Below are positions 11,754-22,679 of a stretch of 64,000 nt of DNA, piece by piece. Each line of letters opens with the position of its first letter. Positions within the stretch are counted from its first letter, which is position 1. The notes under the pieces were generated by a model. The model did no database searches. It was not told the DNA's origin and saw nothing but the letters and a program-made list of their open reading frames with translations. The translations under genes were made by a program, and so were the position numbers. The stretch comes from Escherichia coli (GTDB lineage: Bacteria; Pseudomonadota; Gammaproteobacteria; Enterobacterales; Enterobacteriaceae), in NCBI RefSeq assembly GCF_013122565.1, contig NZ_CP053258.1. One strand, given 5' to 3'.

Positions 11754-13076
11754 ATGCAAGCCTATTTTGACCAGCTCGATCGCGTTCGTTATGAAGGCTC
11801 AAAATCCTCAAACCCGTTAGCATTCCGTCACTACAATCCCGACGAACTGGTGTTGGGCAAGCGTATGGAAGAGCACTTGCGTTTTGCCGCCTGCTACTGG
11901 CACACCTTCTGCTGGAACGGGGCGGATATGTTTGGTGTGGGGGCGTTTAATCGTCCGTGGCAGCAGCCTGGTGAGGCACTGGCGTTGGCGAAGCGTAAAG
12001 CAGATGTCGCATTTGAGTTTTTCCACAAGTTACATGTGCCATTTTATTGCTTCCACGATGTGGATGTTTCCCCTGAGGGCGCGTCGTTAAAAGAGTACAT
12101 CAATAATTTTGCGCAAATGGTTGATGTCCTGGCAGGCAAGCAAGAAGAGAGCGGCGTGAAGCTGCTGTGGGGAACCGCTAACTGCTTTACAAACCCTCGC
12201 TATGGCGCGGGTGCGGCGACGAACCCAGATCCTGAAGTCTTCAGTTGGGCGGCAACGCAAGTTGTTACAGCGATGGAAGCAACCCATAAATTGGGCGGTG
12301 AAAACTATGTCCTGTGGGGCGGTCGTGAAGGTTACGAAACTCTGTTAAATACCGACCTGCGTCAGGAGCGTGAACAACTGGGCCGCTTTATGCAAATGGT
12401 GGTTGAGCATAAACATAAAATCGGCTTCCAGGGCACGTTGCTTATCGAACCGAAACCGCAAGAACCGACCAAACATCAATATGATTACGATGCTGCGACA
12501 GTCTATGGCTTCCTGAAACAGTTTGGTCTGGAAAAAGAGATTAAACTGAACATTGAAGCTAACCATGCGACGCTGGCAGGTCACTCTTTCCATCATGAAA
12601 TAGCCACCGCCATTGCGCTTGGCCTGTTCGGTTCTGTCGACGCCAACCGTGGTGATGCACAACTGGGCTGGGACACCGACCAGTTCCCGAACAGTGTGGA
12701 AGAGAATGCGCTGGTGATGTATGAAATTCTCAAAGCAGGCGGTTTCACCACCGGCGGTCTGAACTTCGATGCCAAAGTACGTCGTCAAAGTACTGATAAA
12801 TATGATCTGTTTTACGGTCATATCGGCGCGATGGATACGATGGCACTGGCGCTGAAAATTGCAGCGCGCATGATTGAAGATGGCGAGCTGGATAAACGCA
12901 TCGCGCAGCGTTATTCCGGCTGGAATAGCGAATTAGGCCAGCAAATCCTGAAAGGCCAAATGTCACTGGCAGATTTAGCCAAATATGCTCAGGAACATAA
13001 TTTGTCTCCGGTGCATCAGAGTGGTCGCCAGGAACAACTGGAAAATCTGGTAAATCATTATCTGTTCGACAAATAA
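11754..13076 (+). CDS. xylA: xylose isomerase
   Basis: Start at [15 protein letters not shown]; 440 aa; matches XylA. Confidence 0.95.
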
Positions 13077-13147
13077 CGGCTAACTGTGCAGTCCGTTGGC
13101 CCGGTTATCGGTAGCGATACCGGGCATTTTTTTAAGGAACGATCGAT

Positions 13148-14602
13148 ATGTATATCGGGATAGATCTTGGCACCTCGGGCGTAAAAGTTATTTTGCTCAA
13201 CGAGCAGGGTGAGGTGGTTGCTGCGCAAACGGAAAAGCTGACCGTTTCGCGCCCGCATCCACTCTGGTCGGAACAAGACCCGGAACAGTGGTGGCAGGCA
13301 ACTGATCGCGCAATGAAAGCTCTGGGCGATCAGCATTCTCTGCAGGACGTTAAAGCATTGGGTATTGCCGGCCAGATGCACGGAGCAACCTTACTGGATG
13401 CTCAACAACGGGTATTGCGCCCTGCCATTTTGTGGAACGACGGGCGCTGTGCGCAAGAGTGCGCTTTGCTGGAAGCGCGAGTTCCGCAATCGCGGGTGAT
13501 TACCGGTAACCTGATGATGCCCGGATTTACTGCGCCTAAATTGCTATGGATTCAGCGGCATGAGCCGGAGATATTCCGTCAAATCGACAAAGTATTATTA
13601 CCGAAAGATTACTTGCGTCTGCGTATGACGGGGGAGTTTGCCAGCGATATGTCTGACGCAGCTGGCACCATGTGGCTGGATGTCGCAAAGCGTGACTGGA
13701 GTGACGTCATGCTGCAGGCTTGCAACTTATCTCGTGACCAGATGCCCGCATTATACGAAGGCAGCGAAATTACTGGTGCTTTGTTACCTGAAGTTGCGAA
13801 AGCGTGGGGTATGGCGACGGTGCCAGTTGTCGCAGGCGGTGGCGATAATGCAGCTGGTGCGGTTGGTGTGGGAATGGTTGATGCTAATCAGGCAATGTTA
13901 TCGCTGGGGACGTCGGGGGTCTATTTTGCTGTCAGCGAAGGGTTCTTAAGCAAGCCAGAAAGCGCCGTACATAGCTTTTGCCATGCGCTACCGCAACGTT
14001 GGCATTTAATGTCTGTGATGCTGAGTGCAGCGTCGTGTCTGGATTGGGCCGCGAAATTAACCGGCCTGAGCAATGTCCCAGCTTTAATCGCTGCAGCTCA
14101 ACAGGCTGATGAAAGTGCCGAGCCAGTTTGGTTTCTGCCTTATCTTTCCGGCGAGCGTACGCCACACAATAATCCCCAGGCGAAGGGGGTTTTCTTTGGT
14201 TTGACTCATCAACATGGCCCCAATGAACTGGCGCGAGCAGTGCTGGAAGGCGTGGGTTATGCGCTGGCAGATGGCATGGATGTCGTGCATGCCTGCGGTA
14301 TTAAACCGCAAAGTGTTACGTTGATTGGGGGCGGGGCGCGTAGTGAGTACTGGCGTCAGATGCTGGCGGATATCAGCGGTCAGCAGCTCGATTACCGTAC
14401 GGGGGGGGATGTGGGGCCAGCACTGGGCGCAGCAAGGCTGGCGCAGATTGCGGCGAATCCAGAGAGAGCGCTCATTGAGTTGTTGCCGCAACTACCGTTA
14501 GAACAGTCGCATCTACCAGATGCGCAGCGTTATGCCGCTTATCAGCCACGACGTGAAACGTTCCGTCGCCTCTATCAGCAACTTCTGCCATTAATGGCGT
14601 AA
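13148..14602 (+). CDS. xylB: xylulokinase
   Basis: 484-aa FGGY-family kinase immediately downstream of xylA. Confidence 0.95.
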   Translation: MYIGIDLGTSGVKVILLNEQGEVVAAQTEKLTVSRPHPLWSEQDPEQWWQATDRAMKALGDQHSLQDVKALGIAGQMHGATLLDAQQRVLRPAILWNDGRCAQECALLEARVPQSRVITGNLMMPGFTAPKLLWIQRHEPEIFRQIDKVLLPKDYLRLRMTGEFASDMSDAAGTMWLDVAKRDWSDVMLQACNLSRDQMPALYEGSEITGALLPEVAKAWGMATVPVVAGGGDNAAGAVGVGMVDANQAMLSLGTSGVYFAVSEGFLSKPESAVHSFCHALPQRWHLMSVMLSAASCLDWAAKLTGLSNVPALIAAAQQADESAEPVWFLPYLSGERTPHNNPQAKGVFFGLTHQHGPNELARAVLEGVGYALADGMDVVHACGIKPQSVTLIGGGARSEYWRQMLADISGQQLDYRTGGDVGPALGAARLAQIAANPERALIELLPQLPLEQSHLPDAQRYAAYQPRRETFRRLYQQLLPLMA

Positions 14603-14770
14603 ACGTTATCCCCTGCCTGACCGGGTGGGGGATAATTCGCATCTATATATATCGGTAATTAATTAATATTTAGTATGAATTTATTCTGAAAATCATTTGT
14701 TAATGGCATTTTTCAGTTTTGTCTTTCGTTGGTTACTCGTAATGTATCGCTGGTAGATATGGAGATCGTT

Positions 14771-15112
14771 ATGAAAACCTCAAAGACTGTGGCAAAACTA
14801 TTATTTGTTGTCGGGGCGCTGGTTTATCTGGTTGGGCTATGGATCTCATGCCCATTGTTAAGTGGAAAAGGCTATTTTCTTGGCGTGTTAATGACAGCAA
14901 CTTTTGGCAACTATGCATATCTTCGCGCAGAAAAACTTGGGCAACTGGATGATTTTTTTATCCGCGTCTGCCAGTTGCTAGCGTTAATCACTATCGGTCT
15001 CTTGTTTATCGGTGTTTTAAACGCACCTATCAATGCTTATGAAATGGTGATCTACCCCATCGCCTTTTTTGTCTGCTTGTTTGGTGAAATGCGTTTGTTT
15101 CGCTCGGCATGA
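14771..15112 (+). CDS. yiaB: inner membrane protein YiaB
   Basis: 113-aa hydrophobic protein; start at MKTSKTVAKL with ggag SD upstream. Confidence 0.75.
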   Translation: MKTSKTVAKLLFVVGALVYLVGLWISCPLLSGKGYFLGVLMTATFGNYAYLRAEKLGQLDDFFIRVCQLLALITIGLLFIGVLNAPINAYEMVIYPIAFFVCLFGEMRLFRSA

Positions 15113-15154
15113 GCAACATAAAGCTCTTACACATTCAGGAATGAAAGGAATACT

Positions 15155-15595
15155 GTGATGGACAACAAAATATCAACCTATTCTCCGGCATTCAGTATTG
15201 TGTCATGGATAGCTCTCGTTGGTGGTATCGTTACCTATCTGTTAGGGCTATGGAATGCAGAGATGCAGTTAAATGAAAAAGGGTATTATTTTGCCGTACT
15301 GGTGTTAGGACTGTTTTCTGCGGCGTCTTATCAAAAGACCGTTCGGGACAAGTATGAAGGCATACCGACCACCTCCATTTATTATATGACCTGCCTGACT
15401 GTCTTTATTATCTCTGTTGCATTACTGATGGTAGGTCTGTGGAATGCGACATTATTACTCAGCGAAAAAGGTTTTTATGGACTGGCTTTCTTCTTAAGCT
15501 TGTTTGGAGCAGTAGCGGTGCAGAAGAATATTCGTGATGCCGGAATAAACCCACCAAAAGAAACACAGGTTACCCAGGAAGAATACAGCGAATAA
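15155..15595 (+). CDS. yiaA: inner membrane protein YiaA
   Basis: 145/146-aa membrane protein paralogous to YiaB; start may be the second ATG at 15158. Confidence 0.75.
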
Positions 15596-15599
15596 TTCA

Positions 15600-15636
15600 C
15601 GTAAGCCCGGTCAGTCCAATGTGACCGGGCTTTTAC
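15600..15636. terminator. bidirectional rho-independent terminator between yiaA and wecH
   Basis: Hairpin agcccggtcagtccaatgtgaccgggct flanked by T/A runs. Confidence 0.6.
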
Positions 15637-16632
15637 TTAACTCACTAATCTGTTTCTGTCGATTCGTTGTACCAACATAGAAAGTAACAAACTCGCTGCC
15701 AACGTCGCGCAAAATATCCAAATAATATCCAGTATTGGCCAGTTTTTAAGCTCAATCCCCCGGGTGCGCAGCGCATGGATAATCAAGGCGTGGAATCCGT
15801 ATATACCCAACGAATGGCGTGAGATTAAGCCAAGTCCGCGAATGGTACACGTATCCAGCGTGTTTTTAACCAGAGTCAATAGCGCGATTGCGCAGATAAA
15901 AACCATCGGCCCACAGTAAAGATACCAGGTGTCGGCAAAATTTCCGCGCCACTGCAATTCATATAATGTCCCGCGAGAGATAATAAAAACACCCGTCGCA
16001 AACAGTGCGGCACTCACCCACGACAGTGCTTTATGCTGTGTGTCCATCATCCCTATAGCGCGGCCCAACATGCCATACAGGATGTAGTAAAAAGTATCGC
16101 CATTGATATATAAGTTAATTGGCAGCCATTCAAAACCGTCGATTTTCTGCGGCACGGTGTTTGGGTTAGCGATGATACCAATCACCACCATTAGCACCAG
16201 CAACATTTTTCCGCCGACGTTCTTCACCTGAATCAGCGGTGAAACCAGATAAATCACCGCAATCGCGAAGAAAAACCATAGGTGGTAAAACACTGGCTTT
16301 TGCAGCAGGTTTTTCAGCGCTAACTCCACATTAATGGAGGTAAACAGTGCAATGTAGAGCAGCGCGATTGCGCTATAAAAAAACAGACATAAGCCGATAC
16401 GCAAGAAATGGCGCGGCTGGGCGCTGCGTTCGCCAAAAAAGAGATAGCCGGAAATCATGAAAAATAGCGGCACGCTGACACGAGAGGCAGAGTTCAGAAT
16501 ATTGGCGATATCCCAGGTGACGGGGCTAACACTATGAGCATTGGTCACATACCAGGTAGTAGTGTGAATCATCACCACCATTAAACACGCTATCCCTCGC
16601 AGGTTATCAATCCAGTAAATTTTGGGCTGCAT
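15637..16632 (-). CDS. wecH: O-acetyltransferase WecH (acyltransferase-3 family)
   Basis: 331-aa polytopic membrane acyltransferase; matches WecH (YiaH). Confidence 0.85.
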   Translation of the reverse strand: MQPKIYWIDNLRGIACLMVVMIHTTTWYVTNAHSVSPVTWDIANILNSASRVSVPLFFMISGYLFFGERSAQPRHFLRIGLCLFFYSAIALLYIALFTSINVELALKNLLQKPVFYHLWFFFAIAVIYLVSPLIQVKNVGGKMLLVLMVVIGIIANPNTVPQKIDGFEWLPINLYINGDTFYYILYGMLGRAIGMMDTQHKALSWVSAALFATGVFIISRGTLYELQWRGNFADTWYLYCGPMVFICAIALLTLVKNTLDTCTIRGLGLISRHSLGIYGFHALIIHALRTRGIELKNWPILDIIWIFCATLAASLLLSMLVQRIDRNRLVS

Positions 16633-16806
16633 CTGTGTCTCTGTATCTGGTTAAAAAAAGTCTGACCGATAAATCATTCAGTTGGCGCACTGGAATAATC
16701 TGAGTTTTATCACTACAGCTTATAGAGGCTTAAGGAAATTCGTAAGATATCAGCCACTATACCGATATAAATAATAAGACTCACCTGCAAACCAGACGGT
16801 AATTTA

Positions 16807-17106
16807 ATGATGATGAACTCTTTCTTTCCGGCAATGGCACTTATGGTGCTAGTAGGTTGTTCAACACCGCCACCCGTGCAGAAAGCACAACGGGTAAAGG
16901 TTGATCCTCTGCGTTCGTTGAATATGGAAGCGTTATGCAAGGATCAGGCGGCAAAACGTTATAACACCGGCGAACAAAAAATCGACGTCACCGCCTTCGA
17001 ACAGTTCCAGGGAAGCTATGAAATGCGCGGTTATACCTTCCGTAAAGAGCAGTTTGTCTGTTCTTTTGACGCAGATGGCCATTTTTTGCATCTTTCCATG
17101 CGTTAA
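16807..17106 (+). CDS. ysaB: lipoprotein YsaB
   Basis: 99-aa ORF with lipobox LVGCS; upstream of glyQ. Confidence 0.8.
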   Translation: MMMNSFFPAMALMVLVGCSTPPPVQKAQRVKVDPLRSLNMEALCKDQAAKRYNTGEQKIDVTAFEQFQGSYEMRGYTFRKEQFVCSFDADGHFLHLSMR

Positions 17107-17200
17107 GCCCTGCTTTTTCCCGTTTCATACTGTATATCTTCCATCCAGCGGGTATACTGATCCCTTCCTTTAAATCCACACGTATCCAGCACGAAATAAT

Positions 17201-18112
17201 ATGCAAAAGTTTGATACCAGGACCTTCCAGGGCTTGATCCTGACCTTACAGGATTACTGGGCTCGCCAGGGCTGCACCATTGTTCAACCATTGGACATGG
17301 AAGTCGGCGCGGGAACCTCTCACCCAATGACCTGTCTGCGCGCGCTGGGGCCAGAACCGATGGCGGCTGCTTATGTTCAGCCTTCTCGTCGCCCGACCGA
17401 TGGTCGCTACGGCGAAAACCCCAACCGTTTACAGCACTACTATCAGTTCCAGGTGGTCATTAAGCCATCGCCGGACAATATTCAGGAGCTGTACCTCGGT
17501 TCTCTGAAAGAGCTGGGCATGGACCCGACTATTCACGACATCCGTTTCGTGGAAGATAACTGGGAAAACCCGACGCTGGGTGCCTGGGGGCTGGGCTGGG
17601 AAGTGTGGCTGAACGGCATGGAAGTGACGCAGTTCACTTACTTCCAGCAGGTTGGTGGTCTGGAGTGTAAACCGGTTACCGGCGAGATCACCTACGGTCT
17701 GGAACGTCTGGCCATGTACATTCAGGGCGTAGACAGCGTTTACGACCTGGTCTGGAGCGACGGCCCGCTGGGTAAAACCACCTATGGCGACGTGTTCCAT
17801 CAGAACGAAGTGGAGCAGTCCACTTACAACTTTGAGTACGCGGATGTGGACTTCCTGTTCACCTGCTTTGAGCAGTACGAGAAAGAAGCGCAGCAGCTGC
17901 TGGCGCTGGAAAATCCGCTGCCGCTGCCAGCCTACGAGCGTATTCTGAAAGCCGCCCACAGCTTCAACCTGCTGGATGCGCGTAAAGCCATCTCCGTCAC
18001 CGAGCGTCAGCGCTACATTCTGCGCATTCGCACCCTGACCAAAGCAGTGGCAGAAGCATACTACGCTTCCCGTGAAGCCCTCGGCTTCCCGATGTGCAAC
18101 AAAGATAAGTAA
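17201..18112 (+). CDS. glyQ: glycine--tRNA ligase alpha subunit
   Basis: 303-aa ORF matching GlyQ. Confidence 0.95.
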
Positions 18113-18121
18113 GAGGCGGCC

Positions 18122-20191
18122 ATGTCTGAGAAAACTTTTCTGGTGGAAATCGGCACTGAAGAGCTGCCACCAAAAGCACTGCGCAGCCTGGCAGAGTCCT
18201 TTGCTGCGAACTTTACTGCGGAGCTGGATAACGCCGGCCTCGCACACGGCACCGTTCAATGGTTTGCTGCTCCGCGTCGTCTGGCGCTGAAAGTAGCTAA
18301 CCTGGCGGAAGCGCAACCGGATCGTGAAATCGAAAAACGCGGCCCGGCGATTGCCCAGGCGTTCGACGCTGAAGGCAAACCGAGCAAAGCGGCAGAAGGT
18401 TGGGCGCGTGGTTGCGGTATTACCGTTGACCAGGCTGAGCGTCTGACTACCGATAAAGGCGAATGGCTGCTGTATCGCGCCCATGTGAAGGGCGAAAGCA
18501 CTGAAGCACTGCTGCCGAATATGGTTGCGACTTCGCTGGCGAAGCTGCCGATCCCGAAACTGATGCGTTGGGGCGCAAGCGACGTGCACTTCGTGCGTCC
18601 GGTGCACACCGTGACCCTGCTGCTGGGCGACAAAGTCATTCCGGCAACCATTCTGGGCATTCAGTCCGATCGCGTGATTCGCGGCCACCGCTTTATGGGC
18701 GAGCCGGAATTCACCATCGATAACGCCGATCAGTATCCGGAAATTCTGCGTGAGCGCGGGAAAGTCATCGCCGATTACGAAGAACGTAAGGCGAAGATTA
18801 AAGCCGATGCCGAAGAAGCAGCACGGAAGATTGGCGGTAACGCTGACTTAAGCGAAAGTCTGCTGGAAGAAGTGGCTTCGCTGGTGGAGTGGCCGGTTGT
18901 GCTGACCGCAAAATTCGAAGAGAAATTCCTCGCGGTGCCGTCTGAAGCGCTGGTTTACACCATGAAAGGTGACCAGAAATACTTCCCGGTGTATGCGAAC
19001 GATGGCAAACTGCTGCCGAACTTCATCTTCGTTGCCAACATCGAATCGAAAGATCCGCAGCAAATTATCTCTGGTAACGAGAAAGTCGTTCGTCCACGTC
19101 TGGCGGATGCCGAGTTCTTCTTCAATACCGACCGTAAAAAACGTCTGGAAGATAACCTGCCGCGCCTGCAAACCGTGCTGTTCCAGCAACAGCTGGGTAC
19201 GCTGCGTGACAAAACTGACCGCATCCAGGCGCTGGCTGGCTGGATTGCTGAACAGATTGGCGCTGACGTTAACCACGCAACCCGTGCGGGCCTGCTGTCT
19301 AAGTGTGACCTGATGACCAACATGGTCTTCGAGTTCACCGACACCCAAGGCGTTATGGGGATGCACTACGCGCGTCACGATGGCGAAGCGGAAGATGTCG
19401 CGGTGGCGCTGAATGAGCAGTATCAGCCGCGCTTTGCCGGTGATGACCTGCCGTCCAACCCGGTAGCTTGTGCGCTGGCGATTGCTGATAAGATGGATAC
19501 TCTGGCGGGTATCTTCGGTATCGGTCAGCATCCGAAAGGCGACAAAGACCCGTTTGCGTTGCGTCGTGCCGCACTTGGCGTACTGCGTATTATCGTTGAG
19601 AAGAACCTCAACCTTGATCTGCAAACGCTGACCGAAGAAGCAGTGCGTCTGTATGGCGATAAGCTGACTAATGCCAACGTGGTTGATGATGTTATCGACT
19701 TTATGCTCGGTCGCTTCCGCGCCTGGTATCAGGACGAAGGTTACACCGTTGATACCATCCAGGCGGTACTGGCGCGTCGTCCGACTCGTCCGGCTGATTT
19801 CGATGCCCGTATGAAAGCGGTATCGCACTTCCGTACCCTGGAAGCAGCTGCAGCACTGGCGGCGGCGAACAAACGTGTATCTAACATCCTGGCGAAATCT
19901 GACGAAGTGCTGAGCGATCGCGTGAATGCCTCTACTCTGAAAGAGCCAGAAGAAATTAAACTGGCGATGCAGGTTGTGGTGCTACGTGACAAGCTGGAGC
20001 CGTACTTTGCGGAAGGTCGTTACCAGGATGCGCTGGTCGAACTGGCAGAGCTGCGTGAGCCGGTTGATGCTTTCTTCGATAAAGTGATGGTCATGGTTGA
20101 TGACAAAGAATTGCGAATCAACCGTCTTACCATGCTGGAGAAACTGCGCGAATTATTCCTGCGCGTTGCAGATATTTCGCTGTTGCAGTAA
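18122..20191 (+). CDS. glyS: glycine--tRNA ligase beta subunit
   Basis: 689-aa ORF matching GlyS; 9 nt after glyQ. Confidence 0.95.
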   Translation: MSEKTFLVEIGTEELPPKALRSLAESFAANFTAELDNAGLAHGTVQWFAAPRRLALKVANLAEAQPDREIEKRGPAIAQAFDAEGKPSKAAEGWARGCGITVDQAERLTTDKGEWLLYRAHVKGESTEALLPNMVATSLAKLPIPKLMRWGASDVHFVRPVHTVTLLLGDKVIPATILGIQSDRVIRGHRFMGEPEFTIDNADQYPEILRERGKVIADYEERKAKIKADAEEAARKIGGNADLSESLLEEVASLVEWPVVLTAKFEEKFLAVPSEALVYTMKGDQKYFPVYANDGKLLPNFIFVANIESKDPQQIISGNEKVVRPRLADAEFFFNTDRKKRLEDNLPRLQTVLFQQQLGTLRDKTDRIQALAGWIAEQIGADVNHATRAGLLSKCDLMTNMVFEFTDTQGVMGMHYARHDGEAEDVAVALNEQYQPRFAGDDLPSNPVACALAIADKMDTLAGIFGIGQHPKGDKDPFALRRAALGVLRIIVEKNLNLDLQTLTEEAVRLYGDKLTNANVVDDVIDFMLGRFRAWYQDEGYTVDTIQAVLARRPTRPADFDARMKAVSHFRTLEAAAALAAANKRVSNILAKSDEVLSDRVNASTLKEPEEIKLAMQVVVLRDKLEPYFAEGRYQDALVELAELREPVDAFFDKVMVMVDDKELRINRLTMLEKLRELFLRVADISLLQ

Positions 20192-20206
20192 TCGATAAGT
20201 AATGGA

Positions 20207-20241
20207 AAAACCGACATTCATTTTGGGTGTCGGTTTTTTTT
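20207..20241 (+). terminator. glyQS rho-independent terminator
   Basis: Hairpin aaccgacattcattttgggtgtcggtt followed by an 8-T run. Confidence 0.8.
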
Positions 20242-20259
20242 AATCTTAAGGAATGAGAT

Positions 20260-20619
20260 TTGGCAAAGTTACGAAAGATAGTGGTGGCTGGTCGCACCTG
20301 GTTTTGGGTTTATCGTTACTACTATGCAGATGAGCGAGATTGTTATTTAAGGATAATAAGCGAAGATAAAAAAGCACAGTTTGTAATCTATTTCAGAACT
20401 CCTACTTACCATTACGGTTGTCACCCATTAAATGATGGCCTGCCAGCTTTATACAATAATGTAAAAATCAATATTAATTTGAATCAACCTCGCTTTGTGG
20501 CTCAGTTACTGACTTATGTGTTGGAGAATATTCTTCAAGGTACACCATCAGATGTAATCGAGTACGAGAACGGTAATGAGATGTTACAGCAGCTTGGGTA
20601 TGAGTTTGATTATAAATAA
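20260..20619 (+). CDS. hypothetical protein (orphan ORF, TTG start, no recognisable domain)
   Basis: 119-codon ORF in AT-rich DNA; taaggaa SD 6 nt before TTG at 20260; no in-frame ATG until codon 108; Tyr/Asn/Lys-rich. Confidence 0.35.
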   Translation: MAKLRKIVVAGRTWFWVYRYYYADERDCYLRIISEDKKAQFVIYFRTPTYHYGCHPLNDGLPALYNNVKININLNQPRFVAQLLTYVLENILQGTPSDVIEYENGNEMLQQLGYEFDYK

Positions 20620-20729
20620 TAAAATCCTCATGCCCCATAAATCCTGGTTAATACGATTGTGTTTAATAATCACCTGTTGAATATAATATTATTTATCTAT
20701 TCATTAAGTGAAATTTTTTTTCGGAATTT

Positions 20730-20847
20730 ATCAACAAGAGTGAAATCAGAATTTACGCTAGAATAGCTGCGGGTGCTTGAGACTGTTTGTCTCAGGTATT
20801 CACCGAAAGGCAGACAGAGAAAAGCCCCACCTGACTATAAATCAAAG
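20730..20847 (+). promoter_or_regulatory. hok-type promoter and 5' leader, truncated by IS150
   Basis: -10 tagaat at 20759-20764; leader gggtgcttgagactgtttgtctcagg resembles the 5' end of plasmid R1 hok mRNA; IS150 interrupts it at 20848. Confidence 0.45.
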
Positions 20848-20894
20848 TGTACTGCACCCATTTTGTTGGACGATGAAATGGAATAGCCCCTGAT

Positions 20895-21416
20895 ATGTCA
20901 AAGCCAAAATACCCTTTTGAAAAGCGCCTTGAAGTCGTGAATCACTACTTCACTACTGATGATGGTTACAGGATCATCTCGGCACGTTTTGGTGTCCCCC
21001 GAACCCAGGTCAGGACATGGGTTGCCCTCTATGAAAAACATGGAGAAAAAGGTTTAATTCCCAAACCTAAAGGTGTTAGTGCTGATCCAGAGTTGCGTAT
21101 TAAGGTCGTGAAAGCTGTGATCGAGCAGCACATGTCCCTTAATCAGGCTGCTGCTCACTTTATGCTTGCTGGTAGTGGTTCTGTAGCCAGGTGGCTGAAG
21201 GTTTATGAAGAGCGCGGAGAAGCTGGTTTACGCGCGCTCAAGATTGGCACCAAAAGAAACATTGCAATATCAGTTGATCCAGAAAAAGCGGCATCAGCAT
21301 TGGAGCTGTCAAAAGACCGACGCATTGAGGATCTTGAAAGGCAAGTTCGATTTCTTGAAACGCGGCTTGTGTATCTAAAAAAGCTGAAAGCCTTAGCTCA
21401 TCCCACGAAAAAGTGA
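20895..21416 (+). CDS. insJ: IS150 OrfA (InsJ), HTH transposase subunit
   Basis: 173-aa ORF matching IS150 InsJ; A AAA AAG slippery heptamer at 21377-21383 near its 3' end. Confidence 0.95.
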   Translation: MSKPKYPFEKRLEVVNHYFTTDDGYRIISARFGVPRTQVRTWVALYEKHGEKGLIPKPKGVSADPELRIKVVKAVIEQHMSLNQAAAHFMLAGSGSVARWLKVYEERGEAGLRALKIGTKRNIAISVDPEKAASALELSKDRRIEDLERQVRFLETRLVYLKKLKALAHPTKK

Positions 21417-22264
21417 AAGTACTCAACGAGCTAAGGCAGTTTTATCCTCTTGATGAGCTTCTCAGGGCTGCGGAGATACCGCGCAGTACGTTTTATTACC
21501 ATCTAAAGGCTCTCAGCAAGCCTGACAAGTATGCGGACGTTAAAAAGCGTATTGGTGAGATTTATCATGAGAATAGAGGCCGATACGGATACCGTAGGGT
21601 AACGCTGTCTCTTCATCGAGAAGGGAAACAGATTAACCATAAAGCTGTTCAGCGCCTGATGGGAACCCTCTCACTTAAGGCAGCGATTAAGGTCAAGCGA
21701 TACCGCTCTTACAGAGGAGAGGTAGGGCAAACCGCCCCCAATGTTCTCCAAAGAGATTTCAAGGCTACGCGGCCAAACGAGAAGTGGGTTACCGATGTTA
21801 CTGAATTTGCAGTCAATGGGCGCAAGCTGTATTTGTCTCCAGTAATAGATCTCTTCAACAATGAAGTTATTTCTTACAGCCTTTCGGAAAGACCTGTGAT
21901 GAACATGGTTGAGAATATGCTCGATCAGGCATTCAAAAAGCTTAATCCTCACGAGCATCCTGTTCTGCACTCTGACCAGGGATGGCAGTATCGTATGAGA
22001 AGATATCAAAATATCCTTAAAGAACATGGTATTAAACAAAGCATGTCCAGAAAAGGCAATTGTCTGGATAATGCTGTGGTGGAGTGTTTCTTTGGAACCT
22101 TAAAGTCGGAGTGTTTTTATCTTGATGAGTTCAGTAATATAAGCGAACTGAAGGATGCTGTTACGGAATATATTGAATACTACAACAGAAGAAGAATTAG
22201 CCTGAAATTAAAAGGTCTGACTCCAATTGAATATCGGAATCAGACCTATATGCCTCGTGTTTAA
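21413..22264 (+). CDS. insK: IS150 OrfB (InsK), DDE transposase catalytic domain
   Basis: 283-aa ORF in the -1 frame relative to insJ, overlapping by 4 nt; expressed as OrfAB fusion by -1 frameshifting. Confidence 0.95.
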   Translation: MKVLNELRQFYPLDELLRAAEIPRSTFYYHLKALSKPDKYADVKKRIGEIYHENRGRYGYRRVTLSLHREGKQINHKAVQRLMGTLSLKAAIKVKRYRSYRGEVGQTAPNVLQRDFKATRPNEKWVTDVTEFAVNGRKLYLSPVIDLFNNEVISYSLSERPVMNMVENMLDQAFKKLNPHEHPVLHSDQGWQYRMRRYQNILKEHGIKQSMSRKGNCLDNAVVECFFGTLKSECFYLDEFSNISELKDAVTEYIEYYNRRRISLKLKGLTPIEYRNQTYMPRV

Positions 22265-22366
22265 CTGTCCAACTTTTTGGGGTCAGTACAAAGTGAGGCT
22301 GCCTCTATGCTTCAACAACATAAGGTTAGCCTCTTACTCGTTGGAAATCAACACAGGAGGCTGGGA

Positions 22367-22520
22367 ATGCCGCAGAAATACGGATTACTATTCGTTAATA
22401 GTGATTTGTTTCACGCTTTTATTTTTCACCTGGATGATAAGAGATTCACTGTGTGAATTGCATATTAAACAGGAGAGTTATGAGCTGGCGGCGTTTTTAG
22501 CCTGCAAATTGAAAGAGTAA
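22367..22520 (+). pseudogene. hokA: hokA toxin gene, apparently frameshifted
   Basis: ATG at 22367 behind aggagg SD gives MPQKY (HokA N-terminus), but the HokA body SLIVICFTLLFFTWMIRDSLCELHIKQESYELAAFLACKLKE lies in another frame; one extra T near 22391 relative to the sequence implied by the 50-aa HokA. Confidence 0.6.
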
Positions 22521-22526
22521 GAGTCT

Positions 22527-22555
22527 TCGGCGGGAAATTATTCCCGCCTTTCTTA
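22527..22555 (+). terminator. hok 3' stem-loop (fbi/terminator-like)
   Basis: Hairpin ggcgggaaattattcccgcc followed by tttctt, just after the hokA stop. Confidence 0.5.
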
Positions 22556-22679
22556 CGGTGTTGGGTATTCTCAATGCACCCTAATTTATTTCTTTAATGA
22601 ATGTTTTTTTTAAAAAATACGCATGGATTTGGCTATTAGATAAGTTTTTAATCGGGAACAGGAATGGTTCGGAGCCTTC

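Larger units (their letters stand above)
20848..22290 (+). mobile_element. IS150 (IS3 family), complete 1443-bp copy
   Basis: Ends tgtactgcaccc... and ...cagtaca (imperfect inverted repeats); insJ/insK inside; flanked by 3-bp direct repeat aag (20845-20847 and 22291-22293). Confidence 0.95.

Noticed and set aside
17429-19828. Long minus-strand ORFs (419 aa and 326 aa) antisense to glyQ/glyS
   Set aside because: They lie entirely inside well-recognised GC-rich genes, have no RBS or recognisable domains, and are the expected antisense open frames of high-GC coding DNA.
22307-22453. mokA as a separate overlapping reading frame
   Set aside because: The only upstream ATG (22307) is in the same frame as the hokA ATG and ends in the frameshifted stop, so no distinct mok frame could be defined; folded into the hokA pseudogene call.
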